A stretch of 62,375 nucleotides of DNA from positions 1-62,375 of the forward strand of contig JAHIPV010000004.1 of NCBI GenBank assembly GCA_018902845.1. Reading direction: 5' to 3'. The notes under the pieces were generated by a model. It ran no database searches, was not told the DNA's origin, and worked only from the letters and a program-made list of their open reading frames with translations. The position numbers and the translations under genes were made by a program. This DNA is from Patescibacteria group bacterium (lineage in GTDB: Bacteria > Patescibacteriota > Microgenomatia > UBA12405). Positions 28,314 through 37,757 of this stretch are shown here, in pieces (position 1 is the stretch's first letter; each line of letters opens with the position of its first letter).

Positions 28314-29234
28314 ATGACAAGAGACACTCGTAAATTAATCAAAATGATTCTTGGATTGACCACCAACAAATTTTCCTTATTTTTTTGGTTTTTTGTTCGT
28401 TTTATTTCAGCCACTTTTCCGCTTCTTTCAGTTTATCTTTTTTCTCGCATCATTAAACTTCTGGAAAATGGATACAGTCAGGCAGAGGCAACCAGATTAA
28501 TAATAAACATCTTTTTGGTTTTTATTATTGATAATCTCACTCGTCTTCTTTCCACCAACAATTTAAATTTTGTTATTGGCAACATTCAAAACGATATTCA
28601 TAATCTTCTCAGCACTGGTCTAAAAACCAGAGACAAAAAAATTCGTCACAAATCCGTTCAGGCCATTCGAAATTTTTCCGACGCTGTCAATACTACTTTG
28701 ACCATACTAAAACAACCGGGCGTTGACAGCATTGTTTCTTTTGTTTTCATACCAATCATTCTTTTTTTCCTTGATTTCCGTGTTTTTATTCTTCAACTTG
28801 CCTATATGCTTGTTTATTTCTGGATGGATGTTTACACCACCGAACGCTACGCCAGAATCAAAGATATTCACAACGCTAAAGTAGAGATTTACTATGCCAA
28901 GTTTCAGGATTCAAACAAAATCAAAAGAGAACAAGGACAGCTTGTCAGACAATTCAAAAAACTTTGCCACTGGAATTTCTTTGAATGGTTCACTCTCCAG
29001 ACTACCGCCAATCTTTTTTACACCATCATTCTTTTCTATCTGGTTCTTTCGGTTTCGGCAGGAGAACAAAAAATATCTGATCTTATTTTAATAATGGGCT
29101 ATGTAACTTCCACTCAGACCTTTCTAAACTCCATTAGTAACATCAAAGACTCCCTGGCTGATACCAAAGTTGCTCTCAACCGTCTCATAAACAGCCGTCA
29201 CTATCTCGCCATCGACTTCGACGACCTGACCTGA
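28314..29234 (+). CDS. ABC exporter transmembrane-domain-like protein (no nucleotide-binding domain)
   Basis: 306-aa six-helix-type ORF resembling the N-terminal half of MsbA-type exporters. The ORF stops before any Walker motif. Confidence 0.5.
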   Translation: MTRDTRKLIKMILGLTTNKFSLFFWFFVRFISATFPLLSVYLFSRIIKLLENGYSQAEATRLIINIFLVFIIDNLTRLLSTNNLNFVIGNIQNDIHNLLSTGLKTRDKKIRHKSVQAIRNFSDAVNTTLTILKQPGVDSIVSFVFIPIILFFLDFRVFILQLAYMLVYFWMDVYTTERYARIKDIHNAKVEIYYAKFQDSNKIKREQGQLVRQFKKLCHWNFFEWFTLQTTANLFYTIILFYLVLSVSAGEQKISDLILIMGYVTSTQTFLNSISNIKDSLADTKVALNRLINSRHYLAIDFDDLT

Positions 29235-29336
29235 TACACACACTGTCCAGTTTTTACTATTATTATGTGGGATTATATCTAAACCTCTCAAAATCAAAAT
29301 CATTCTATTTGAGACTGTTGAATATCATCTTCACAT

Positions 29337-29430
29337 CGTCATCCTGAGTGTAGCGAAGGATCTAGCGTTAGCGTAAAATACGGCACTTCGTGCCTAGATT
29401 CTTCTCCCGCCACGGCGGGATCAGAATGAC
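29337..29430. repeat. two family A copies in opposite orientation
   Basis: GTCATCCTGAGTGTAGCGAAGGATCTAGCG (forward) and GATTCTTCTCCCGCCACGGCGGGATCAGAATGAC (reverse). Confidence 0.85.
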
Positions 29431-29491
29431 AAAGAGTTATTCAACACCCTCCTGTTGAAAATTGGAATTTGAAAATTGAAAATTAACTAAA

Positions 29492-30409
29492 ATGCCAGAA
29501 CTTCCCGAAGTTGAAATCGTTCGCCTGTTTCTTCAAAAAAACATCATTGGCAAAACTATTGCCAAAATTACTATTCTTAATCCCAACAGTTTTATAGGCA
29601 ACTTTAAATTAGCTATAAACAAAAAAATTACTCAATTAACCCGCAGAGGCAAACAGCTCTCAATATTTTTATCAAACGATTGTCTTCTTCTTATTCATCT
29701 AAAAATGACCGGCCAGTTAGTTTATCAGCCTTGTCTAAACCAATTAGACACTGTCATCCCGAGCAAAGCCGAGGGATCCCGTCGGAATAAACACAGAACT
29801 TTCCTTGGTCATCCCACTCCCAAACTCAATCACAAACCATTGCCCAACAAATCCACTCGTATTATTTTCACTTTTTCAGACAAATCCATTCTTTTTTTTA
29901 ATGATCAGCGTAAGTTTGCTTGGGTCAAAATCATCAAAAAATCTCAACTCAAAAAATCTCAATCTAATCTCGGTCCCGACATATTAAGCCTTCGTTTTAC
30001 CTTTAAGTATTTTTATTCTCAGCTCCAATCTTCTTCTCGTCCTATCAAAAACTTGCTTCATGATCAATCCAAATTTGCCGGTATCGGTAACATTTATGCC
30101 AATGATTCTCTTTTTCTTGCCAAAATTCATCCTCAAACACCAGCCCGAAATATTAGTCCAAAACAATCCCAGCTACTCTATTCCTCCATCAAAAAAATCA
30201 TTAAAGAGGCTGTTAGTTTTGGTGGCTCCACCGCTCGTGACAATCAATATATTCGTCCGGATAATACCAAGGGTTCTCAACAATACAATTTTCGTGTTTA
30301 CCAAAAAGAAGGGGAATTATGTAAAAGATGCGGACACAAAATTGTCCGTCTCAAGCTTTCCGGCCGTTCGGCCTTCTATTGCCCTCATTGCCAAAAACAG
30401 TTAGAATAA
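29492..30409 (+). CDS. mutM: formamidopyrimidine-DNA glycosylase
   Basis: N-terminal MPELPEVE, H2TH region, and C-terminal zinc finger CKRCGHKI...YCPHCQ. Contains an in-frame repeat insert at 29753..29785. Confidence 0.85.
   Translation: MPELPEVEIVRLFLQKNIIGKTIAKITILNPNSFIGNFKLAINKKITQLTRRGKQLSIFLSNDCLLLIHLKMTGQLVYQPCLNQLDTVIPSKAEGSRRNKHRTFLGHPTPKLNHKPLPNKSTRIIFTFSDKSILFFNDQRKFAWVKIIKKSQLKKSQSNLGPDILSLRFTFKYFYSQLQSSSRPIKNLLHDQSKFAGIGNIYANDSLFLAKIHPQTPARNISPKQSQLLYSSIKKIIKEAVSFGGSTARDNQYIRPDNTKGSQQYNFRVYQKEGELCKRCGHKIVRLKLSGRSAFYCPHCQKQLE
29753..29785 (+). repeat. family A-like repeat inserted in-frame in mutM
   Basis: GTCATCCCGAGCAAAGCCGAGGGATCCCGTCGG encodes VIPSKAEGSRR. Confidence 0.75.
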
Positions 30410-30413
30410 TCTT

Positions 30414-30938
30414 ATGAAATCAAAATTTACCAAAGCTATTTTTTTTATTTTTCTTTTCACTTTCTTTTTATCTCCAACCCTAGCCATAAGTAGCACAGAT
30501 GATTTCACCCCAACCCCAACCCGCATTCAAGTTCGTCAGGAAGCCCAAACCGCTATTCAAGAAAAAAAAGGAATTCTCACTCAAGTCAGAAAAAACGCCA
30601 TTAACAGAATTCACAATCGTATTAGAAGCAGAATCGTTGCCAGATATAATTATCTTCAAAAATTTAAAGCCAGAATTGAAAATCGTATTTTAGAAAAAGA
30701 ACAAAATGGCAAAGACATGTCTTATGCCAAAAACAAATTAGCCGAAGGTGCACAGCACGAAGAATCTTATGCCGTCAATTTAGAAGCCTATGAAGCTGAA
30801 TTAGATAAAATTTTAAATTCAGAAAGCCCAAAAGGTTTAATGCCCCAACTTCGCCAAATTCTCAAAGACCTTGGCGACAATCTACGCAACATCCGCAAAA
30901 CTCTTATTGGAGCCACCAAATTATTGGTTCATTTATAA
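30414..30938 (+). CDS. secreted hypothetical protein
   Basis: 174-aa ORF with a signal peptide and helical, charged remainder. Confidence 0.5.
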   Translation: MKSKFTKAIFFIFLFTFFLSPTLAISSTDDFTPTPTRIQVRQEAQTAIQEKKGILTQVRKNAINRIHNRIRSRIVARYNYLQKFKARIENRILEKEQNGKDMSYAKNKLAEGAQHEESYAVNLEAYEAELDKILNSESPKGLMPQLRQILKDLGDNLRNIRKTLIGATKLLVHL

Positions 30939-30939
30939 A

Positions 30940-31242
30940 ATGAAAAAACTTACAATCCTCTCAATCTTATTTTTATCTGCTCTTTTTTTATCCGCTTGTA
31001 ACAAAAAATTACCGATAAATAACAACGCCAATACTGATATACCCTCAACTATCAAACAAGACGATCTTACTGTAGATGAATCAGGACAGGCAGGGGATTC
31101 GGCGACTTATTCAGAAGAAAATATTCCAGAAGAATCCGATCTTTCAGGTTTAACTGACCAAGAACTACTAGACAAACTAGAAACCCTGGAAGATGAATCC
31201 TTCGATTCAGATCTTGACGAAATCACCACCGAACTAAATTAA
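30940..31242 (+). CDS. small acidic lipoprotein (hypothetical)
   Basis: Start moved to MKKLTILSILFLSALFLSAC (lipobox LSAC). The track ORF 30871 begins upstream inside the previous gene. Confidence 0.55.
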   Translation: MKKLTILSILFLSALFLSACNKKLPINNNANTDIPSTIKQDDLTVDESGQAGDSATYSEENIPEESDLSGLTDQELLDKLETLEDESFDSDLDEITTELN

Positions 31243-31510
31243 TTTAAGACTTGTCATTACTGCTCTCGCTTTATCACATAAAATTCGGACTCTCCATGGG
31301 TGGGCAAGTGTTTTTCAAATCAGGAAATTAGACCTGCCAGCCTGTGGCACGGCACGGCGTGTGGGAACACCACGCCGATCAAAAACCATTGGCTCGAATT
31401 AAAAAACGCAAAAATTTAAAAATGACAAAAAAAGAATATACACTGATCTTGAACTTTAGGTGGAATATTTCTTCAACCATGTTTTCTATTTTTGATAAAA
31501 TACGATTAAT

Positions 31511-32944
31511 ATGACAAGTTTTGACAAAACAGAACCTTTGTTGTTAAAGATTGATAAGGCAATTAAGCAGTCTACAGAATCAGACGGGGTTGAATTTAAA
31601 GACGCTAGGGGTGGACTCCCTTCAGATGTTTGGAAAGCCATATCTGCCTTTTCAAACTCTCCAGGAGGTGGAATAATTGTTTTTGGGGTAGTTGAGAATG
31701 AAGAAAAAAGGACGTTTGAAGCGGTAGGTAACTTGGATATTGCTACCCTGCAAGAAAAAATAGTCTCTCTGTTTCAAGAAAAGATAAAAAATGCAGGTAT
31801 ATACAACCTCAAACCTCTTGCATATAAAAATACTAATATCTTAGTCTTGAGTGTTAGTGAAACCTCGAAAGAACATAAGCCCTGTTATCACGTAGACTTT
31901 GGATTACCCAGGGGAGCTTTTATTCGTTCGGGCAATGTCAACAGAAGCATCACAGAGGAAGAGATGAGGTCCTTTTTAAGATTTTCGCCTCAATATAAGT
32001 ATGACAAAATTTCGACCCAGTTAAGTAAAAACGTTTTATCAGGGGGGAAGTTATCTGACTATTTAAAAAAAAGTGCCGAGAGAACTAATCGAAAATATAT
32101 TGGCATCAGTGATAAGGTTTTAAACAATCTAGGTATCTTAGTGAACTCTGACGATGGAGAAATTTTTCCTTCGTTAGCAGGGTTGCTTATTTTTTCTAAA
32201 GATAATCCGCAGAAGTATGACATATGCCGTCGGTATGTAGTTAGGTGTGTTAGATATTCAGGAAAGACCGTTACAACAAAAATAATTGACAAGCAGGATA
32301 TTGAAGGAACATTAGATATTTTGATAAACCGGACCTTGAAGTTTATATTAAGGAATATTTCGTTAAGGGCAAAAATTATCGGCGCAAAACGTGAGGAAAC
32401 TTATCAATATCCAGATAAGGCTATTAGAGAAATCATTGCGAACGCCATTATTCACAGAGACTACCAAATAACGGGAACATATGTTCAAGTTGCAATTTTC
32501 TCTGACAGAATTGAGATTTCTAATCCCGGAACCCTTCCCCCGGGAGTAACTATAGAAAATCTAAAAGATTCCCAGTTCAGTCGCAATGAAATCATCGCAA
32601 GGATAATGAACGACCTAGATTATATGGAAGAGTTCGGTCGGGGAATTGATTTGGTTTATAGACTTATGGATGAATGGAACTTGGTTGAGCCTTTATTTAA
32701 AAATAAATCTAATACTTTTAAAGTTACATTATTAGGAGAAGATTATTCTGGACTTAATGAAAGACAAGTGGAAATGTGGTACTTAATGCAGAACGAAGGT
32801 AGTATTACGGCTCGTTCTGCACACGCAATATTTTCGGGTGTTTCAAGAGCCACAATCAACAATGATTTACAAGGAATGGTCAGTATGGGGTTAGTAGAGA
32901 GTAAGGGGGCATCAATAAACACTTTTTATATTCCAAGTTATTAG
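31511..32944 (+). CDS. AlbA_2 (Schlafen-like) DNA-binding domain + HATPase_c_4-type protein (often annotated RecG-like/transcriptional regulator)
   Basis: ESDGVEFKDARGG...ISAFSNSPGGGIIVFGV N-terminal domain, REIIANAIIHRDY...SNPG central domain, and a C-terminal wHTH-like end. Confidence 0.7.
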   Translation: MTSFDKTEPLLLKIDKAIKQSTESDGVEFKDARGGLPSDVWKAISAFSNSPGGGIIVFGVVENEEKRTFEAVGNLDIATLQEKIVSLFQEKIKNAGIYNLKPLAYKNTNILVLSVSETSKEHKPCYHVDFGLPRGAFIRSGNVNRSITEEEMRSFLRFSPQYKYDKISTQLSKNVLSGGKLSDYLKKSAERTNRKYIGISDKVLNNLGILVNSDDGEIFPSLAGLLIFSKDNPQKYDICRRYVVRCVRYSGKTVTTKIIDKQDIEGTLDILINRTLKFILRNISLRAKIIGAKREETYQYPDKAIREIIANAIIHRDYQITGTYVQVAIFSDRIEISNPGTLPPGVTIENLKDSQFSRNEIIARIMNDLDYMEEFGRGIDLVYRLMDEWNLVEPLFKNKSNTFKVTLLGEDYSGLNERQVEMWYLMQNEGSITARSAHAIFSGVSRATINNDLQGMVSMGLVESKGASINTFYIPSY

Positions 32945-33013
32945 AAGCAATTAGGAGCAATAATATTTGCATTCTTTTTTAAGCTTAAATTCGACAAAAA
33001 CAACCTTAATTCT

Positions 33014-33043
33014 AATTAGGAGCAATTAGGAGCAATTAGGAGC
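33014..33043. repeat. (AATTAGGAGC)x3 perfect tandem decamer; a fourth copy (GCAATTAGGAGCAA) at 32947..32960
   Basis: Read directly, downstream of the stop of 31511..32944. Confidence 0.85.
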
Positions 33044-33149
33044 CACATTTTAAATTGAATAAACAACAACAGAAAGAAACACCAATGGTATAAAATATTT
33101 TCACAAAAGATCATCTTGATTTTTGCTTTTTTCTTCTATAACTTTAGTT

Positions 33150-33332
33150 ATGAGCGGAAAAACAATTGACCGTTTAGGTCTAAATCAATCAAGCATACGA
33201 GAACAAGCAAAAAAAGCATCCAAGCTAACAGATTTCAATCAAGTCGGTCCACTACGTCCTCGTCGCGGTCATCGCGGTCCTTCTGAATTTGCACGATCCA
33301 AGCGAAAATCAGGCTTTGGAAAAGGAAGATAA
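33150..33332 (+). CDS. small basic hypothetical protein
   Basis: 60-aa ORF from ATG 33150 (the track uses an upstream TTG). Arg/Lys-rich C-terminus. No homology recognised. Confidence 0.3.
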   Translation: MSGKTIDRLGLNQSSIREQAKKASKLTDFNQVGPLRPRRGHRGPSEFARSKRKSGFGKGR

Positions 33333-33339
33333 TTTACTC

Positions 33340-34212
33340 TCACCACCCACCACTGGCTCCGCCACCACCACTACTTCCTCCTCCAAATCCACCTCCGCCA
33401 CCGCCTCCGCCAGAAAACCCACCTCCAGATTTCCAAAAACTAGTGGACTTTCCGCTTTTTTTTAGTTTTTTATAATTCCCGGACAAAATAAAATCCAAAA
33501 TCAATCCAAAAATTCCCAGTATTATTCCCACCAGTAAACCCCCCATAAGTAATCCCAATATCATTCCTATTACTCCGCCCGTAGTCCACTCCTTGCTTCT
33601 TCCCAAAAACGACATCAAATAAATAATCACTATAAATCCAACAATCACCCATATTCCAGAAGCAAATTCTTGTCTCGCCGGCTTGCCCGCCGTAACCTTG
33701 GTGGAGGTGGGAACCTCTGATAAAGCCGAACTTCCGTCTTTTATATATTCTTCAATCTTACTCACTCCATCCCACGTCCCTCCTTCGTAATCTTCCTTTT
33801 TAAACTTCGGGCTAATTTCATCTCTAATAATACTCCCGGCTCTGCCATCATTAATCACTCCTTCCAATCCATAGCCCACCTCAATTCTTATTTTTCTATC
33901 ATCCCTCGAAACCAACAACAACACTCCATTATCTTCATCCTTTTTCCCAATCCCCCAATTTTCAAACACCTCTACCGCATATTCTTCAATTTCTACTTCA
34001 GGTAATTTTTCTATCGTTAGCACCGCCACTTCAGCACTTGTTTCCTTTTCCAGTTTATCCAATTCATTTTCTAACTTAAGCTCAAATTCTTCGCTATACA
34101 AATCAGCCAAATCATTTACCCAACCTTTATAAGAGGGGATAGTATAATCCACCGCCCCCGCCGTCCCTGCTATAAGCAAAAATCCAAATAATATTAAAAA
34201 AACCTTTTTCAT
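33340..34212 (-). CDS. TPM-domain (YgcG-like) membrane protein with Gly-rich tail
   Basis: Signal peptide, GWVNDLADLYS...RIEVGYGLEG TPM motifs, TM helices, and a poly-Gly C-terminus. 4-nt overlap with lemA. Confidence 0.8.
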   Translation of the reverse strand: MKKVFLILFGFLLIAGTAGAVDYTIPSYKGWVNDLADLYSEEFELKLENELDKLEKETSAEVAVLTIEKLPEVEIEEYAVEVFENWGIGKKDEDNGVLLLVSRDDRKIRIEVGYGLEGVINDGRAGSIIRDEISPKFKKEDYEGGTWDGVSKIEEYIKDGSSALSEVPTSTKVTAGKPARQEFASGIWVIVGFIVIIYLMSFLGRSKEWTTGGVIGMILGLLMGGLLVGIILGIFGLILDFILSGNYKKLKKSGKSTSFWKSGGGFSGGGGGGGGFGGGSSGGGGASGGW

Positions 34213-34772
34213 TCTAAATCAAACTCTACACTTGGTGCTTTTTCTGCCTCTTCTACCGCCTCAAAAAAACTTCTCTCCTCAAATCCAAGCATTCCTGCAA
34301 TTAAATTCTTTGGAAATTGCTTAATCTCCACGTTATAAGGAGTTACTAGATCATTAAACCTTTTTCTTTCTACCGATACTCTGTTTTCAGTACCAGCCAA
34401 TTCATCCATCAATCTTTGTACGGTTTCATCAGACTTTAACTCAGGATAATTTTCCATTATCACCAAAAGTCTCCCCAGGGATGACTCAATTTGTCCCATT
34501 GCTTCAGTTTTTTCATTCACGCTTCCGGCTCCGGCATATCTTGTTCTGGCTTCGGCAATAGACTCAAACACATCTCTTTCCTGTTTCATTACTGCTTCAG
34601 CTGATTTAACTAAGTTCGGGATCAAATCAAATCTTCTCTGATATTGTGTTTCCACTTGTGACCATTGATTATCAATTCCTTCACTTTTGCCTATCAAGCC
34701 ATTATAAGTACTTACTCCCCACATTCCGCCAAAAACTAACACTCCGGCAATTATTAATAATGTTTTTTTCAT
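34209..34772 (-). CDS. lemA: LemA family protein
   Basis: N-terminal TM helix plus YNGLI...QWSQVETQYQRRFDLIPNLV, a LemA signature. Confidence 0.85.
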   Translation of the reverse strand: MKKTLLIIAGVLVFGGMWGVSTYNGLIGKSEGIDNQWSQVETQYQRRFDLIPNLVKSAEAVMKQERDVFESIAEARTRYAGAGSVNEKTEAMGQIESSLGRLLVIMENYPELKSDETVQRLMDELAGTENRVSVERKRFNDLVTPYNVEIKQFPKNLIAGMLGFEERSFFEAVEEAEKAPSVEFDLE

Positions 34773-34864
34773 ATTTTGAAATCTTCAAACCACTAATAAT
34801 TACATTCTACACCATACTTTTCATGCTATCATCAACTAATACAAAGAATACTGAATGGTTCTTC

Positions 34865-34908
34865 GTCATCCTGATCACCCGCAGGGGGAGAAGGATCCAG
34901 CGAAGCGT
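34865..34908 (+). repeat. family A repeat
   Basis: GTCATCCTGATCACCCGCAGGGGGAGAAGGATCCAGCGAAGCG. Confidence 0.85.
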
Positions 34909-34969
34909 TTTTGTTTAGAAATTAAGAATTAAAAATTAGAAATTAATTAAGCAACAGGAGGTGAGTTAA

Positions 34970-35221
34970 TTGGCAAATACAAAAGTAGGAAAAATAGTTC
35001 ATTTTTTCGACAAAATTCTAGTCGCTGTTTTACAGCTTACCGATGCTTCACTTAAAATCGGAGACGAGATATTAATAGGGGAAGAGGACGAAGGTTTTAC
35101 CCAAACCGTTTCTTCTATGCAGGTAGACCACCAAGCCGTTGAAGAAGCCAAAAAAGGTGACGAAGTCGGTCTTAAGGTCGACCAAGTCGCTAAAAAAGGC
35201 GACAACGTTTACAAGCTCTAG
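34970..35221 (+). CDS. translation elongation factor-like (EF-Tu domain-2-like) small protein
   Basis: 83-aa ORF with a TTG start 7 nt after AGGAGGTGA. Beta-barrel-like IGDEILIGEE...KKGDEVGLKV. Confidence 0.55.
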   Translation: MANTKVGKIVHFFDKILVAVLQLTDASLKIGDEILIGEEDEGFTQTVSSMQVDHQAVEEAKKGDEVGLKVDQVAKKGDNVYKL

Positions 35222-35270
35222 ACAAAAGCTTCTCACATCAAAAAACCACTATTTTTGATAAGGTCGAGTT

Positions 35271-36662
35271 ATGCACAAAAACTTAATTTTACTTCTCATT
35301 TTTTCTTTTCTCCTCCGCCTTATTTCTCTTAATCAATCCCTTTGGCTTGACGAAGCCATTTCAGCCAATGTTGCCACAAATTATTCATATTCGCAAATTA
35401 TTACCAAGTTCTCACCATCTGATTTTCACCCACCCTTTTATTATATTTTCTTAAAATTTTGGACATCAATCTTTGGCAACTCAGTAATTTCTCTCCGCCT
35501 TCCTTCTGTAATTTTCTCTCTTATCACCGGCTATTTTATCTATCTAATTGCAGGATTCTGGTCTTCGGCTTTCTTTCTTTTAAATCCTTTAGTAATCTAT
35601 TACTCCCAAGAAGCCCGCATGTATTCTATGGTTGCCTGTTTTCTCACTATCGCTTTTTATTTTTTTATCACCTCGCCAAAACTCTCAGTGGCGGCGGGCT
35701 TCGCCTCGCCAAAGCCTTGGCGTAGGCAGGTCTTACTCTTCAATATCTTCATAATCTTAAGTCTTTTTACCTTTTATGGCTCCATATTCTTCATTCTCAC
35801 CCTCTTTCTCTACTCCATTTTTAAAAGAAACAAGCACTCCTTTCCCTTATTTTTTCCTTTTTTCTTAACTCTTCTCCTTCTCTCTCCCCTTATTCTCACT
35901 CAACTAAAAAATTCTCAAATATCTCTTTCATCCGTTATTAATTGGTCATTGGTATTAGGTAAAGCTAATTTAAAAAATCTTTTACTCATTCCTTTAAAAT
36001 TCTTCTTTGGCCGTATCTCTTTTTATCCCAAAAAGCTCTATTATTTAATCAGTGGCGCTTGGACTTTGTTTTTATCTTTCCAAATTTTTAAAAATTGCTT
36101 AAAAAACAAAGCTAATCGCAAATATTTCTTTTTTCTCCTCACTCCATTGCTTATGGCCTTTTTAATTTCTTTCAAATTTCCCATGCTTCAATACTTCCGC
36201 TTTTTATATCTACTGCCTATTTTTAGTATTCTTTTGGCTTGTGGGCGTCATTCTGAGAAAGCATTAGCGACCGAAGAATCCCACTGGAATCAAATAACAA
36301 TATCTTTAGTCTTTCTCACTCTTTCTTTAATTTATCTCCTAAATCCCAAATTTCACCGCGAAGACTGGAAATCTCTTGGCTTATCTTTACCCCTAAACTC
36401 AACTATTTACATGATTCCATCCTTTTCTGATCCGCTTCAATACTATCGCCCCGACCTAAAAATCCAGGATATTCGAAATTTAAATTCCAGTAATCAAGTT
36501 GCCCAGTCATCTAGTAATCTAACTATCCTTCCCTACGGATTTTCAATTTACGCTTTTCATCACCAGCAATTACTAAAAAATCTGGATTATACCAATACTT
36601 CCACCACCAACTTCCGCCAGCTCACTCTTGAGACCTGGTCAACTTCCCTGTCATCCTTCTGA
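35271..36662 (+). CDS. GT39/ArnT-like (PMT_2) membrane glycosyltransferase, with repeat-derived in-frame inserts
   Basis: Polytopic 463-aa ORF. N-terminal LRLISLNQSLWLDEA motif typical of dolichyl-phosphate-mannose-type transferases. Confidence 0.7.
   Translation: MHKNLILLLIFSFLLRLISLNQSLWLDEAISANVATNYSYSQIITKFSPSDFHPPFYYIFLKFWTSIFGNSVISLRLPSVIFSLITGYFIYLIAGFWSSAFFLLNPLVIYYSQEARMYSMVACFLTIAFYFFITSPKLSVAAGFASPKPWRRQVLLFNIFIILSLFTFYGSIFFILTLFLYSIFKRNKHSFPLFFPFFLTLLLLSPLILTQLKNSQISLSSVINWSLVLGKANLKNLLLIPLKFFFGRISFYPKKLYYLISGAWTLFLSFQIFKNCLKNKANRKYFFFLLTPLLMAFLISFKFPMLQYFRFLYLLPIFSILLACGRHSEKALATEESHWNQITISLVFLTLSLIYLLNPKFHREDWKSLGLSLPLNSTIYMIPSFSDPLQYYRPDLKIQDIRNLNSSNQVAQSSSNLTILPYGFSIYAFHHQQLLKNLDYTNTSTTNFRQLTLETWSTSLSSF
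35669..35730 (+). repeat. family D-like repeat in-frame in the GT39-like CDS
   Basis: ...GGCGGCGGGCTTCGCCTCGCCAAAGCCTTGGCGTAGGCAGG encodes AAGFASPKPWRRQ. Confidence 0.65.
36247..36280 (+). repeat. family A repeat in-frame in the GT39-like CDS
   Basis: GTCATTCTGAGAAAGCATTAGCGACCGAAGAATC encodes RHSEKALATEES. Confidence 0.8.
36487..36524 (+). repeat. octamer repeat array inside the 3' part of the GT39-like CDS
   Basis: TCCAGTAATCAAGTTGCCCAGTCATCTAGTAATCTAAC, read in its only stop-free frame (SSNQVAQSSSNLT). Confidence 0.65.
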
Positions 36663-36997
36663 GTTCATATCTAGCATCGTTAAGTACACCCTCTATTCTC
36701 CATACCACAGGCTTATATAAAACATCACTAGGTACTTTCCCCGTTCTTGTCAAAATCGGATAAAAAACTTTATCATCAATAGTTTGAACAACTCTCGCAA
36801 TTTTGCGATTGATCCTATTCATTCAATTAATATTCTATACACCACACAATACTTTGTCAATAACATATCTTATAAGTCAATCTAATCTTCCCATTTTTTC
36901 TCTTAATCTTCTCCAAAAACACCCCTCCGTTATTCTCAATTACCTTTTCTTCATTCTCATTTTTTAATTCTTATTAGTCTTTTTTGTTGTTTCTATT

Positions 36998-37030
36998 TGT
37001 CCAGTAATCTAGTAATCTAATTATCTAATT
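36998..37030 (+). repeat. octamer repeat array
   Basis: TGTCCAGTAATCTAGTAATCTAATTATCTAATT, just 3' of the alkylation-repair gene stop. Confidence 0.7.
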
Positions 37031-37031
37031 T

Positions 37032-37748
37032 TTATCTCTTCATTGCTTTTCTTTTCCATTCTTCCGGCATTTTTTCTATTGCGTATCTTAATGCAGTTCT
37101 TGGCATTTTGTCTTTTCTTTTCATTACAAAATCCATTACTTTTTTTGCATATACATTACTGGCTTCTTTAAGCATCCATCCATATCCTTTTTGCACCAGA
37201 TCATCAGAATCCGTTAGCAAGATATCGGCTATCTCAAAAACTTCATCCAAATATTTTTTCTCTCTACGAACCGGATAAATTAAGCTTACGCTTGCCGCTC
37301 TTCTAAACCATCTATTTTTACTTTTGGCCCACATTTTTAATCTAGGCAAAAACTGGGGAAATCTAGCCAAAAAATATCCAACCGTATGAGTACAAAAATC
37401 ATCACAAGCTCCCCAGTTGGACACATATTTTTTAATCCATTTTTCCCATCTTTCAAAATCTTTTTTCTCAAACCTATCTTTAATTCTAAACACCCACTCA
37501 AACACTATGGTTCTGTATTCGCCAATCTGCAATTCCATCAATTCTTCACTAATTTCAAAAATTTCACTTTTACTCCAATTTTTCATCACTCCAAAATACT
37601 TCTTGGCCACTTTCCGCCTGTTGGGCACTCTTACGCCCATCATCACTACCTTTTCTATAAAAAAATTCTTCGCTCCTTTTTTATATTCCACATCTGCCAA
37701 CCATTCCAGTTCTTTTTTAATACTTTCCAATAATCGTTTCTTATTCAT
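37032..37748 (-). CDS. DNA alkylation repair protein (AlkD-like HEAT-repeat family)
   Basis: 238 aa with ...WVSNWGACDDFCTH... and ...KGYGWMLKE..., characteristic of the DNA_alkylation family. Confidence 0.75.
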   Translation of the reverse strand: MNKKRLLESIKKELEWLADVEYKKGAKNFFIEKVVMMGVRVPNRRKVAKKYFGVMKNWSKSEIFEISEELMELQIGEYRTIVFEWVFRIKDRFEKKDFERWEKWIKKYVSNWGACDDFCTHTVGYFLARFPQFLPRLKMWAKSKNRWFRRAASVSLIYPVRREKKYLDEVFEIADILLTDSDDLVQKGYGWMLKEASNVYAKKVMDFVMKRKDKMPRTALRYAIEKMPEEWKRKAMKR

Positions 37749-37757
37749 AAAATTTGA

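Noticed and set aside
28038-29430. Possibility that the clustered GTCATCCTGAG repeats form a CRISPR array.
   Set aside because: Copies occur in both orientations with irregular spacing and variable internal sequence. They are dispersed genome-wide, including inside genes, and there are no cas genes.
31300-31400. GC-rich patch examined as a possible tRNA or tmRNA fragment or att site.
   Set aside because: I could not fold a cloverleaf: no GTTCRANYC T-loop and no acceptor/anticodon geometry. Only a 7-bp hairpin was found. No tRNA-like sequence was recognised anywhere in the window by eye, though a tRNAscan-SE run would be needed to be certain.
36622-36822. 66-aa minus-strand ORF overlapping the 3' end of the GT39-like gene.
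   Set aside because: No motif, a 41-nt overlap with a convergent gene, and no clear ribosome-binding site. It cannot be supported.
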